A DNA stretch of 64,000 nt, taken from Stenotrophomonas maltophilia. GTDB taxonomy: Bacteria > Pseudomonadota > Gammaproteobacteria > Xanthomonadales > Xanthomonadaceae. The stretch is taken from positions 719,634 through 783,633 of the forward strand of contig WNDS01000003.1 in the NCBI GenBank assembly GCA_009912235.1, given 5' to 3'. Positions 1-10,772 of the stretch are shown here, one piece after another; position 1 is the first letter of the stretch; the number at the start of each line of letters is the position of its first letter. The notes below the pieces were generated by a model. It searched no databases. It was not told the DNA's origin and was given only the letters and a program-made list of their open reading frames with translations. Both the position numbers and the translations under genes were made by a program.

Positions 1-1
1 C

Positions 2-1527
2 GTACGCGGCCTGGCGTCGGCCGAAGGCAGTGGCTTGACCATCGCTGGCCTGGTGGCGCCCATGTGCGGCGTGCCGCTGACTACATCGCAGAGCGATGAG
101 AACAGCATGGACCGCATGGCCAGCTTCCTGCCCAAGGCGGTGTGCCTGGGCGATTACCTGAAGCAGCAGGGCTACACCAACCACTACCTGGGCGGTGCCG
201 ACGGACGCTTCGCAGGCAAGGGCCAATTCCTGGCCAGCCACGGCTTCGATGAAGTGCAGGACCTGGCCTGGTTCAAGCAGCAGAAGAAGATCGGCCGCGC
301 GCATTATTCGCCGTGGGGCGTGCATGACGACGTGCTGCTGGACACGGCCTACCAGCGCTTCGAGCAGCTCTCGCTCAGCGGCGAGCCGTTCATGCTGACC
401 ACCCTGACCATGGACACCCACCACCCCGCCGGCCACCTGCCCGTGGCCTGCAAGGGCCAGCGCTACCAGAGCCGGTACGGCAACATCAACATGCTCAACG
501 CGCTGAAGTGCAGCGACCGGCTGATCTCGCAGCTGGTGGAGCGCATCCAGGCCAGCCCGTACGGCAAGGACACGCTGATCGTGATCGCCTCGGACCACCT
601 GGCGATTGCCAACGATCTGTCGCACATCCTGGCGAAGCAGAACCGCGAGAACCTGCTGCTGTTCATCGGCGAAGGCGTGGAACCGCGCCAGTTGCAGGCC
701 CGCGATGCCAGCACGCTCGATTCCGGTGCCACCCTGCTGAGCCTGCTCGACCCACGCCAGCAGGCCATCGGCTTTGGCCGTTTGCTGCTGGCCGAACAGC
801 GCCCGGCCAGTGCCAGCGCGGCCGCGCAGCGCGAGGGCGGCAAGGATTACCCGCAGTACCTGGCCTTCGCCCGCTCGCTGTGGTTGGGCGAGCCGACGCG
901 CGAACTGAAGAGCGACGCCGACGACCAGGTGGTGGTGGGCCTGCAGCACGTGCAGCCGCCGGTGCTGCTGGAGTACGACAAGGACTGGGGCCTGAAATCG
1001 GTGTATCTGGAAAACACCTCGCGCCAGTTCAACGATGCCGACCCGGACAACACCCTGGCCTACGTAGACCGCTACACCGCCTTCAAGGATGGCTCGACCG
1101 ACGGTGACTGGTGTGCGCTGCTGGTGAACCGCGACAACGGCATCAAGCTGTACCGCGATGGCGACCTGCGTGGCGGCATCGCGGTGGATGCGCCGCTGGA
1201 TGCGTTCCAGGGCCCGCGCCCGAGCGTGCGCCAGGCGCACATGATCACGCAGAAGGGCCGCCGCACGCATGCGGGGCAGTACATGCTGAAGCTGGTGGCC
1301 AGTACGCGGCCCGAGCGCGGTTTCTGGATCGAGGCGGTGTCTTCGCAGCGCAAGGTGGTGCTGGCCCAGCAGTGGGTGCAGCCGGATGCGAACGGCCGCA
1401 TCAACGTGTCCTTCGGGCTGGACTACGAGGTGGACGACCTGGAGATCCGCGCGTGGCTGAACCATGCCGAGAAGCTGGCGGTGGACACCTTCGCACTGGT
1501 GCCCTCGCGCGCCCGACCGCGCGGTAA
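2..1527 (+). CDS. Sulfatase-like / phosphoglycerol transferase (OpgB/LTA-synthase family), 5' end outside window, apparent stop-codon loss
   Basis: Motifs TIAG, TxDTHHP, SDHL. Frame is open from the window start. Protein-like sequence ends near ...SRARPRG (~1525), where a TAA lies one base out of frame, so the ORF reads on through a repeat element. Confidence 0.75.
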
Positions 1528-1535
1528 GGGGTATT

Positions 1536-2062
1536 CGGCAGGGCTGCGCCCTGCACCTGCCGAAGCTTCAAGCCGACGCCATAGCCACTGCGACAGCAAC
1601 AGCAACAGCCTGCATTCCGTGGGATGGCGGGGTGGGTTCGGTTGCGGGGGACGCCGTGAATACGTCCATGTAGGCTCGGTCGCGCCATCCATGGCGCTCA
1701 CGCCCCCGCAACCGAACCCATCCCGCCTTCGACAGTTGTCCGCGATCTGTTGGACATGCTCTTGGGGTCAGATCCGTTTTCCGCAGGAAAACGGATCTGA
1801 CCCCACATTGTTTGGATATCTGACAGATCTCATCCACGCATGGCGTGGATCTACAAAAGCTGCGGGAATCTGTCGGGGTGGGGCGGTGTGGGTGGGCAGG
1901 ACCGCAGGCGCCATGGATGGCGCCTACGAGCCCCCATGGATGGGTTTACGGCGTCCCCGCAAACCCACAGTGCCCCGCCATCCCACGGAATGCCCGCTGT
2001 TGCTGCTGCTTTTGCCGTCGACGTTGCTCTGGCTTCGGCAGGTGCAGGGCGCCGCCCTGCAC
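1536..2062. repeat. Large nested palindromic intergenic element (composite REP)
   Basis: Outer inverted repeats GCAGGGCTGCGCCCTGCACCTGCCGAAGC / GCTTCGGCAGGTGCAGGGCGCCGCCCTGC. Inner GCATTCCGTGGGATGGCGGGG / CCCCGCCATCCCACGGAATGC. Central perfect hairpin GGGGTCAGATCCGTTTTCC-GCA-GGAAAACGGATCTGACCCC. SMAG REP at 1831-1854. Confidence 0.85.
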
Positions 2063-2073
2063 ACCCCCCCCAC

Positions 2074-4476
2074 TTACTCAGGCGGGGTATCGCGTACCAG
2101 GTGGATGTCGGTCGGGGTCGACAGCGGGATACCACGCTCGGCCAGAATGCCCAGCAGGCTGAAGTACAGATCGCTGCGCGTGGCGTACACCTGCCGTGGG
2201 CTGGAGACGTAGGCAAAACTGTTGATGGTGATCTGGCCGCCCCTGATGCTGTCGATGTAGTCCGACGGCGCCGGCTGCTTCAACACGCTGGCATGTGCCG
2301 CGTAGGCATCCAGCAGCGCCTGCCGCAGTGCCGCAACGTCAGTGCTGTTGGGCACCGCGAACTAGATCTGGATGCGGCCGTGCGCGCTGCCCATCGTCAT
2401 GCTGCGGATGATCTTGGTGATCAGCTCCGAGTTCGACACGATCAGCGTGGACTTGTCGCCCACCTGGATCTCCGTGGAGCGCACGTTGATGCGGCGGATG
2501 TCGCCTTCCTGGTCGCCCAGCTTCACCCAGTCGCCGATCTTCACCGGGCGCTCGGCTAGCAAGATCAGCCCGGACACGAAGTTCTGCGTGATCGCCTGCA
2601 GGCCGAAGCCGATACCCACCGACAGCGCGCTGACCACCAGCGCCAGCTTCTTCAGGTCCAGCCCGACGGCGTTCAGCGCCAAGACCACCGACAGCAGGAT
2701 GCCCAGGTAACGCGCCACCGTGCTGATCGAATTGCGTGCGCCCAGGTCCAGTTCGGTCTTGGGCAGGTAGGTATCGCCCAGCCAGCGCTGCACCACTTCG
2801 GTCAGCGCCAGGCCGGCCAGCAGCACGCCGATGGCGATCGCCACCGTCCTCGGGTTGAGGTTGGCACCGCCGATCCGGTAACCGTCGGACAGCGTCTCCA
2901 GCGAGTTCAGCATCGCGCCCAGGTTGCCGAACGGGGCCGCCAGCGCCAGCAGCACCACCACGATGCGCAGCACCGCCGACAGCAGCACGCCGGCCTGTTC
3001 CACCCGCGACACGCTCAGCCCGGTGCTGAGCAGGATGGTCTGCCCGACCCGGCTGTCGGCGCTGAGCAGCCAGGTGCAGAAATCATCGACGAACTTCAGC
3101 AGCAGCGTGGTGGCCAGCACGATCACCCCGCCCCACAGCAGCTGCTGGTTCACAAACTTGGCCAGGTTGAGGTACCCCAGCAGCGCAGCGATGATCGCCG
3201 CCACCACCGCCACGTTGCCGGCCACGCGCGCCACCACCAGCCAGCTGCTGCGCCGTACCGGCCCGCCCTGCACGTGGCCGTCGTTGGCCGCGGCAGCCTC
3301 CAGCATGGTCTCGGTTTAGGCGTTCTGGCGCCGGTGCAGGCGCGCCAGCGTCACCAGCATGGCCATGATCAGGCCCAGGTAGGTCAGCGCGATCAGGCCG
3401 TCCAGCGCAATCGTGCTGACTTCACTGGTCAGCGCCTCGCGGTCCACCGCCACCAGCACCACGCTCAGCCAGGTCAGCGCTGCGGCGCCCCAGGCGTACT
3501 TGCGCAGCTTCCAGGCGGCGGTGTCGTCCAGGTTCAACAGGCGCCACGACGGACGCTTGGGCACCAGCAGGCCGGCGCTGAGCGCCACGATGAAGGCCGA
3601 GAAGAAGGTGGCGGCCTGGAAGTGCTCAGCCACTGACTGCAGGCGCTCGGGAATGGCATCGATGCTGTCCAGCGAGGCCACCAGTACCACCGCCGCGTAG
3701 CCGGGCAGCAGCGTGCCGACCAGCAGCAGCCACAGCGCCAGGCCGGAACGGCGCAGGCGGCCGTCCGGCACGCGCTCGGATGCAGCGAAGCGGCGGCCCA
3801 GCACGCGCAGCCAGATGCGCAGCGGGAAGGCCATCAGCAATGCGGCCAGCAGGCCCAGCACCGGCGTACTCCAGCCATTGGCCTGGATACCGGCCTGCGC
3901 GGTGCGCACCGCCACCTAGTACAGCCCGGATACGCGCTGCACATCGCCGGCCAGCTGGTCGGCCACTTCGCGCCACAACCGCGCCGACAACGGCGAGGCC
4001 ACCTTGTGCATCAGCTCATCGCTGAACTGCGCCGCACGCTGGGCGTCGATGTCGGCCGCCAGCTGCCGGCCACTGGTGGCCAGCTGGCCGGCGATCTTGA
4101 TCTGTGCGTCCAGGTCACTGTACTGCTTGTTGAGCGTGCGCCGCTGCTGGGTCACCTCGCGGCTTTCGGTGGTGCCCTCGACCACCTCGCCCAGCTGGTC
4201 GCGCTGCAGCTTCAGCTGGTCCAGTCTGGGCTGCAGTTCCTTGGCCAGGCCATCGGCATCGCGCGCGGCCTTGTTGGCCTGGTCGGTCAGGTCCTTCAGC
4301 GTGTCGGTGGTCGCCGCATCGTTCCAGGACTGCTGCACGCGCTTGAGCGCATCTTCCACCTGCTGCAGCTGCTGCTTCGGGCTGGGATCATCGTCCGGGG
4401 CCTGCGCGTGGGCCAGCAGCGGCGCGGCCAGCAGCAGCCAGCTGCCTACCAGCAGGCCCAGCCAGGGCCTGCGCAT
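2074..4476 (-). pseudogene. MscS-family mechanosensitive channel with large N-terminal (DUF3772-like) region, three in-frame nonsense codons
   Basis: Four ORF pieces share one frame, separated by stops at 3916-3918, 3316-3318 and 2362-2364. MscS motif ALSVGIGFGLQAITQNFVSGLILLAERPVKIGDW. Confidence 0.9.
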
Positions 4477-4596
4477 CAGGATCGATCGGAAAGAAGACAC
4501 GTTAGCCACACCGGTTCGCACGGGCCAGCGCGCCTGCGCGCGACTATACGGCAGGCAGCGTGAATAGCCGATCACCCGCCGCAGCGTGGCGCGCCC

Positions 4597-4845
4597 TCAG
4601 TACTTCAGGCGCAGCTCTTCAACGTCCGGCTGCAGCGCGGCATACCAGTCCTGGAACTCTTCCTCGGTGATCTCGTCGGGGGCATACACCGCCAGCGGAT
4701 CCCATGCGTGGTCGGTGGGCAGCAGCTGGCGCGGGCCAGCGCGCGGGCTGTAGCTGACGCCCTGGTAGTCCACCAGCGGCTCGGCCTCGGGCCAGCGCTC
4801 ACGGGCCACCGTAGTTTCGCTGGTCATCAGGATCACGTGGTACAT
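4597..4845 (-). CDS. Small hypothetical protein
   Basis: ATG with GGAGG RBS; host-like codon usage. Confidence 0.65.
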   Translation of the reverse strand: MYHVILMTSETTVARERWPEAEPLVDYQGVSYSPRAGPRQLLPTDHAWDPLAVYAPDEITEEEFQDWYAALQPDVEELRLKY

Positions 4846-5041
4846 CGGCACCTCCATTTCTGCTTCGTGGATCGGTTGGAACGAAAACGCGCGGCGCGCG
4901 AACAAGCATAGCCCCGCCCGGGTGACAGCAGCGGGGCAGGCGGGCGACAGACCGTTCTGAACGCGGCCATCGCTCCGGCTTCACCCGCCTGTGGCGCAGC
5001 GCGCGGCATGGTGGATTCCAGTCCACCGCCCTGCCCGCACC

Positions 5042-5536
5042 ATGCCCTCAACCCCTGAGCTCAAGACCGTCGCCGACCTCAAGCTGCCCCGCTACCTGGG
5101 CACCTGGTATGAGATCGCACGGCTGCCCATGCGCCACGAACCGGAAGGCTGCACCGACGTGTCGGCGCATTACAGCCTGCTGGACAACGGCAACGTGGGC
5201 GTGCACAACCGCTGCCGCATGGACGGCCAGCTGGAAGAGGCCACCGGCGAAGCCTGCGTGGTGGACAATGACAGCGCGCGGCTGGCGGTGAGCTTCCTGC
5301 CCAAGGGCCTGCGCTGGTTGCCGTTCACCAAGGGCGATTACTGGGTCATGCAGGTGGCTCCCGATTACAGCGTCTCGCTGGTGGGAAGCCCCGACCGCAA
5401 GTACCTGTGGCTGCTGGCACGCACACCGCAGCTGGATACCGCCGTGCAGGCGCATTATCTGGCCACCGCGCGGCTGCAGGGCTTCGATCTGTCCGAACTG
5501 ATCCAGACGCCGCATACCGGCCACCCCACCGCCTGA
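5042..5536 (+). CDS. blc: Bacterial lipocalin (Blc-like)
   Basis: RYLGTWYEIARLP and YLWLLAR lipocalin motifs. Confidence 0.85.
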   Translation: MPSTPELKTVADLKLPRYLGTWYEIARLPMRHEPEGCTDVSAHYSLLDNGNVGVHNRCRMDGQLEEATGEACVVDNDSARLAVSFLPKGLRWLPFTKGDYWVMQVAPDYSVSLVGSPDRKYLWLLARTPQLDTAVQAHYLATARLQGFDLSELIQTPHTGHPTA

Positions 5537-5549
5537 GCGGATACCACGC

Positions 5550-6760
5550 ATGGACCTCAAGAGTGGCTACCCGTGGTGGGCCATCCGCAACGGGCTGATA
5601 CAGGCCTTCCCGCCGCTGGAGCACGACCTGCACTGCGATGTACTGGTGGTGGGCGGCGGCATCAGCGGCGCGTTGATCGCCGATGAGCTGTCCGCGCACG
5701 GCCATGAGGTGGCGGTGATCGAGCAGCGCGACATCGGCTGGGGCAGCAGCGCGGCCAGCACCGCACTGCTGCAGTACGAGATCGATACCCACCTGCTGGA
5801 CCTGGCCGCGCAGTAAGGGCGCGAGGCGGCCGAACAGGCCTCCAGGCCTGCGCGCAGGCGCTGCAGCAGCTGGCCACGCTCAGCGCCGGCCTGAGCGGCG
5901 TCGATTTCAAGCGCATGGACAGCCTGTATCTGGCCAGCCGCCACCGCGACATGCCCACGTTGCGGGCCGAGGGCCAGGCCCGCCGCCAGGCAGGGCTGGA
6001 CAGCCGCTGGCTGGACAGCGCGGCGCTGCAGGCGCGCTTCGGCGTGAGCGCCGAGGGTGCGCTGCTGACCCGCCAGGCGGCGCGGGTGGACCCGTACTGC
6101 CTGACCTACCGCCTGCTGCGGCGCCTGCGCCAGCGCGGCGGCCACGTGCACGACCGCACTACCCTGCACAGCCTGCAGCCGACCGCGCGCGGCGTGACCC
6201 CGCGTACCGAGGCCGGCGCCACGGTGCGTGCACGCCATGTGGTGCTGGCCACCGGTTACGCCGCGCAGCACTGGCTGAAGCCGCGCGTGGCCCGCAACCG
6301 CAGCAGCTATGCGTTCATCACCGACCCGATCGACCGCGCGGTGCTGGGGCCGCTGTCGCGCACCATGGTCTGGGAAAGCGCCCGCCCCTACCTGTACCTG
6401 CGCGCCACCGGCGAGGGCCGGCTGCTGGTCGGCGGGCTGGATGATGCCGTGGACATTCCTGCACGCCGCGACCGCCGCGTGCAGGCTAAGGCCAGCAAGC
6501 TGCTGCGCCAGCTGCAGCACTGGTTCCCGCAGCTGGACCCGGTTCCGGCGTTTTCCTGGGCCGGTACCTTCGCCGAAACCGCTGACGGCCTGCCCTTCTT
6601 CGGCCCGCACCCGCAGTGGGGCCCGCGCGTGCAGTTCGCCATGGCCTACGGCGGCAACGACATCACCTACTCGATGATCGGCGCCGGACTGCTGCGTGCC
6701 GGCATCGAACGGCGGCGCCACCCGCTGCAGGCGCTGTTCGGTTTCGGCCGGCTGTCGTAG
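5550..6760 (+). pseudogene. FAD-dependent oxidoreductase (DAO family), nonsense plus frameshift
   Basis: VLVVGGGISG Rossmann motif. TAA at 5814-5816. The C-terminal part (5915-6760) is in a different frame. Confidence 0.85.
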
Positions 6761-6919
6761 GGCCGCGGCTGTTCAACTGAACAGGGCCCGCCAGCAGGGC
6801 ACCCCGGCATGGGCGGATCTACCGCAACCGGCCGGCGACAGGCATCATTCAAGCAACGCCTGTTAGCGTCGGCTTGTCCCGCCGCGCTTGCCGCGGTCCC
6901 TGCCTGTTGGAGCGCCGAG

Positions 6920-7432
6920 ATGATCCGCCCGCTGACCCTGCTCCCGCTGACCCTGCTGCTGTGCCTGCCCCTGCCCGGGGCGGTGCTGGCCCAATCCGCT
7001 GCCGGTGCCACCGCGCCGCAGGTGAACGGCATGGACCTGAACGTGCCGCAGGCGCCGATGCGCTACCTCAACGATCCGGCAATGCAGCAGGACCCGCCGG
7101 GTACCTACTACGGCGACAAGACCGGCCCGCGCGTCCACGGCGATGCCAGCATTGCCGACGTGCAGAACGACAAGATGAAGGTGTCCGGCAGCTTCACCAC
7201 CGGCATCGGCTATGTCAAGAACTATGGCAACACCCACTACAACGCCGCCACGCTGAACCTGAGCAAGAACTACACCACCGACGACGGCAAGACGCACGGG
7301 GTGAACATCAACATCCACGTCAGCGAAGGCAAGGGCCCGGGCTTCTTCGGCCCGTACGGCGGCGGCTACGGCGGTGGCTACTACGGCCGCGGCCCGGGCC
7401 GCTGGGACGCACCACCGCCGTTCGGCTGGTAA
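6920..7432 (+). CDS. Secreted hypothetical protein with Gly/Tyr-rich tail
   Basis: Signal-peptide-like N-terminus MIRPLTLLPLTLLL...AVLA; strong codon bias. Confidence 0.7.
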   Translation: MIRPLTLLPLTLLLCLPLPGAVLAQSAAGATAPQVNGMDLNVPQAPMRYLNDPAMQQDPPGTYYGDKTGPRVHGDASIADVQNDKMKVSGSFTTGIGYVKNYGNTHYNAATLNLSKNYTTDDGKTHGVNINIHVSEGKGPGFFGPYGGGYGGGYYGRGPGRWDAPPPFGW

Positions 7433-7514
7433 CCGGCCGGCGTACCCGCTGCCGACCCAGGCCGGCAGCTACCCGAGTGGGCCAGTCACCCACCGGGCAT
7501 GCCAACTGCCCGAT

Positions 7515-7949
7515 TCAGTCCAGCCAGCCATCGCGCTCGCTGTCCAGGATGCGCCCGTCATACCCGCTCAAACGCACCTCCACACGCTGGTTGCGAGCGT
7601 TGCGCGCTTCCAGCGACCACGTGGCGCCATCGCGCTCGAGCGAATGGATTTCCTTCAGGCCATGCGCCTGCGCCTTGGCCAGCACCTACTCGGTGCCCAG
7701 CAGCGCGCGGCCGTTGTGCTCATCGAAGATCTCGCCGGTCTTCGGGTCGACATACACCTCGCTGAAGCGCCCATCGGCGCGGCTGACATCGGCTTCCCAC
7801 AGGCCATCATCGCGTTCGATTTCATGGATCTGGGTGTAGCCGGCCTTGCGCAGGGTCTGTTCAACCTGGGCCATGCCCAGCGGGGCTGCCTGTGCGGGGG
7901 GAACAGCGGCCAGCGCAACGGCGGTGGCCAGGAAAAGGGACTTCATCAT
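7515..7949 (-). pseudogene. Tandem PepSY-domain protein with internal TAG
   Basis: Signal peptide plus PepSY repeat. In-frame TAG at 7686-7688. A second repeat (VLAKAQAHGLKEIHSLERDG...) continues to TGA at 7515. Confidence 0.8.
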
Positions 7950-8001
7950 GGGGAACTCCTGTGTGCTGCCGGGCCATTCCGGCAACGCCACGATGTCCAC
8001 C

Positions 8002-8046
8002 CGGGCTAACAGCCACTTAGCCGGCGCTGTTAGCCCGTGGTTAGTC
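8002..8046. promoter_or_regulatory. Candidate response-regulator operator between divergent PepSY genes
   Basis: Perfect 12-bp inverted repeat CGGGCTAACAGC (8002-8013) / GCTGTTAGCCCG (8026-8037), plus GTTAG direct repeats 11 bp apart. Confidence 0.4.
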
Positions 8047-8078
8047 GGCTGGGGCACACTCGCGACAATCCTCCCGCA

Positions 8079-8390
8079 ATGTCGCAATTGACCATGCCCG
8101 TCCTGACTGCCCTGCCCTTGCTGCTGGCCCTGGCCAGCGCCGCGCCCGCCGAGCGCCCTGTACAGGACCCGGCGCAGCAGGTGGCACGCCGCGCGGTGCA
8201 GCAGGGCCGCTATGTGCCGCTGGAACAGGTGGTGCGTGACGCGCTCAAGCGCCACCCGGCCCAGCTGCTGGAGGTGGAACTGGATGACGGTGTGTACGAG
8301 GTCGAGATCCTGCGCGCCGACGGCGTGGTGGTGGAGCTGGACTATGATGCGCGCAACGGCACCCTGCTGAAGACGGAGCTGGATGACTGA
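8079..8390 (+). CDS. PepSY-domain protein
   Basis: LLEVELDDGVYEVEIL...YDARNG; stop overlaps the start of the response regulator. Confidence 0.8.
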   Translation: MSQLTMPVLTALPLLLALASAAPAERPVQDPAQQVARRAVQQGRYVPLEQVVRDALKRHPAQLLEVELDDGVYEVEILRADGVVVELDYDARNGTLLKTELDD

Positions 8391-9046
8391 TGCGGATCCT
8401 GCTTGCCGAGGATGACGCCGCGCTGGCACAACGCCTGCAGCCGCTGCTGGAACAGGCCGGCTACGTGGTGGTGGCCGGCGATGGGCGCCAGGCCGAGGAG
8501 ATCGGCCAGATCGAGGATCTGCAGGCGGCCATCGTCGACCTCGGCCTGCCCGTGCTGGATGGCCTGAGCGTGATTGAACGCTGGCGCGGCAACGGCCGCA
8601 GCTTCCCGAAGCTGGTGCTGACCGCACGCGTGCGCTGGCACGACAAGCTGGCCGGCTTCGATGCCGGCGCCGACGACTACCTCACCAAACCTTTCCAGGC
8701 CGATGAACTGGTGCTGCGCCTGCGCGCCCTGATCCGCCGCAGCACCGGCCACGCCAGCCCCCGCCTGCAGTGCGGCCCGCTGCAGCTGGACGTCAATGCC
8801 GGCCGCTTTGAAATGGACGGGCAGGCATTGGCGCTGAGCCCACAGGAGTTCCGAGTGTTGAGCTATTTCATCCACCACGCCGGCAGCGTGATCAGCCGCG
8901 ACCGTTTGGGCGAACAGATCTTCGAAAGCGGTTACGACCCCGATTCCAACGCGCTGGACGTACTGCTGGGGCGCGTGCGCCGCAAGCTGGGCGTGGACCT
9001 CATCCATACCGTGCGTGGCCAGGGTTGGCGGCTGGCCGAAGCATGA
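8390..9046 (+). CDS. OmpR/PhoB-family response regulator
   Basis: MRILLAEDD, DLGLP, GADDYLTKPF, IHTVRGQGW. Confidence 0.92.
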   Translation: MRILLAEDDAALAQRLQPLLEQAGYVVVAGDGRQAEEIGQIEDLQAAIVDLGLPVLDGLSVIERWRGNGRSFPKLVLTARVRWHDKLAGFDAGADDYLTKPFQADELVLRLRALIRRSTGHASPRLQCGPLQLDVNAGRFEMDGQALALSPQEFRVLSYFIHHAGSVISRDRLGEQIFESGYDPDSNALDVLLGRVRRKLGVDLIHTVRGQGWRLAEA

Positions 9047-10366
9047 GCGCGCGGCAACCCTCGCTGCGCCGGCGGCTGCTGCTGGTGGCCGGCATCGGCC
9101 TGGTGCTGGTCTCGGTGCTGGCCGGCATCCTGCTGGGCGAGCTGTTCAAGCGCAGCGCGCGCCCGCCTGGATGGCGAGCTGCAGCAGGACATGCTGACCC
9201 TGCTGGCGCAGGCCGAGATCGATCCGGACGGGCAGCTGCGCTTGCGGCAGGAGCCGAACGACGCGCGCTTCCAGCGGGTGTTTTCCGGTACGTACTGGCA
9301 GATCGCCAACGGCCACGGCAAGGTGCTGCTGCAGTCACGATCGCTGTGGGACCAGACCCTGCCCTCCACCGCTGCGGGCCCGGCCGAGCGTGACCTGCCC
9401 GGGCCGATGCAGCAGTCGCTGCGCGCGCGCGTGCAGCAGGTGCGCCTGCCGCGTGCCACGCAGGCGTACGTCGCCCTGGTGGCGCATGGCCGGCAAGCGC
9501 TGGACGCCGATGTCGCCGCCTTCCGCAACCGCAGTGCGCTGGCGCTGAGCATCCTGGTGGCGGCCTGGCTGGCGGTGCTGGCCAGCCAGGTCCATTTCGG
9601 CCTGCGCCCGCCGTGTGGGCTGGGCCAGCAGATCGAACGCATCCGCCGTGGCGAGGCCGAGCGCATCGACCGCCGCCAGCTGGACCGTGAAATCGCGCCG
9701 CTGGCCGATGAGCTCGATGCCCTGCTCGACCACCACCAGCGCATGGTGGCGCGTGCGCGCAGCAGCGCCGAAGACCTGGCCCATGCCCTGAAGACCCCGC
9801 TGAGCGTGCTGGCCGCCGAAGCACAGGACGAAGGCCGCGACTGGCGCCGCACCCTGCACGAACAGGGCGCGCGCATGCGCGCCAGCATCGACCGCTACCT
9901 GGCCGCAGGCCTGGCCGTCGACCATCGGCAAAGCAGCGAGGTCGCCCCGGCCGCCGAAGCCCTGTGCCGCTTGATGACCCGCGTACACGGCAGCCGCCGC
10001 ATCCGCTTCCAGATGGATGTGCCGCGCGGTATCGCCTTTGCCGGCGCCGTCACCGACCTGGAAGAAATGCTGGGCAACCTGCTGGACAACGCCGACAAGT
10101 GGGCCCAGGGCGAAGTGCGCCTGCGTGCGCTGGCGCAGAACGACCGGCTGCACATCGAAGTGCGCGACGACGGCCCCGGCCTGGACAAGGCCAAGCTGGA
10201 CAGCGTCCTGCAGCGCGGCGTGCGCCTCGATGAGCGGGTGGAAGGCAGCGGCCTGGGCCTGGCGATCGCCGCGGAGATCGCAGCCAGCCACGGTGGCTCG
10301 CTGCGCCTGTCGAATGAGAACCCCGGATTGCGCGCGCGGCTGGAGCTGCCGCTGGCGGCGCCGTAA
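9043..10366 (+). pseudogene. Sensor histidine kinase, frameshift near 9160
   Basis: ATGA overlap start. TM1 is in one frame; HAMP, H-box (LAHALKTPL), N-box and G-boxes are in another. Confidence 0.85.
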
Positions 10367-10373
10367 CGCTGCT

Positions 10374-10397
10374 GTAGAGCCAAGCCCTTGCTCGGCT
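10374..10397. repeat. SMAG/GTAG REP
   Basis: GTAGAGCCAAGCCCTTGCTCGGCT imperfect palindrome between convergent genes. Confidence 0.7.
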
Positions 10398-10408
10398 GGC
10401 ACCACCGC

Positions 10409-10729
10409 TCAGCGGTGGTGCATCCACCAGCAGTCGATGGCGTCCAGCACGATGCGGATCATCAAGCTGATACCCACCAGCCGCGTCTTCTTCGGCACGC
10501 ACAGGCCCGCATACACGGCAATCGCCGGCGCGGTGTGCAGCGGGTGGAAACCAATGCTGCAGCGGTTGGGCGCGTAGATCGGGTCGGCCAGCAGGTGGTC
10601 CAGGTCGATGATCCAGCCCAGCAGCAACAGCAGCCAGGCCGAAGCAAACCGCTTGCGCCAGAACAGCCATGCCAGCAGGGCTGGCACGGCGGCATGCAGG
10701 AACAGTTGGAAGATCGCGCGGGCGCTCAT
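10409..10729 (-). CDS. Small membrane protein (DUF6122-like)
   Basis: IDLDHLLADPIY.PNRCSIGFHPLH motif. Confidence 0.75.
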   Translation of the reverse strand: MSARAIFQLFLHAAVPALLAWLFWRKRFASAWLLLLLGWIIDLDHLLADPIYAPNRCSIGFHPLHTAPAIAVYAGLCVPKKTRLVGISLMIRIVLDAIDCWWMHHR

Positions 10730-10736
10730 CGGCAGC

Positions 10737-10760
10737 GGTAGCGCCGGGCCATGCCCGGCG
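10737..10760. repeat. SMAG/GTAG REP
   Basis: GGTAGCGCCGGGCCATGCCCGGCG; identical copy at 13801. Confidence 0.8.
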
Positions 10761-10772
10761 TTCCCGTAGACA

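Noticed and set aside
35-2212. 725-aa ORF as a genuine full-length protein
   Set aside because: The last ~228 aa translate a palindromic repeat and the antisense of MscS; best explained by stop loss.
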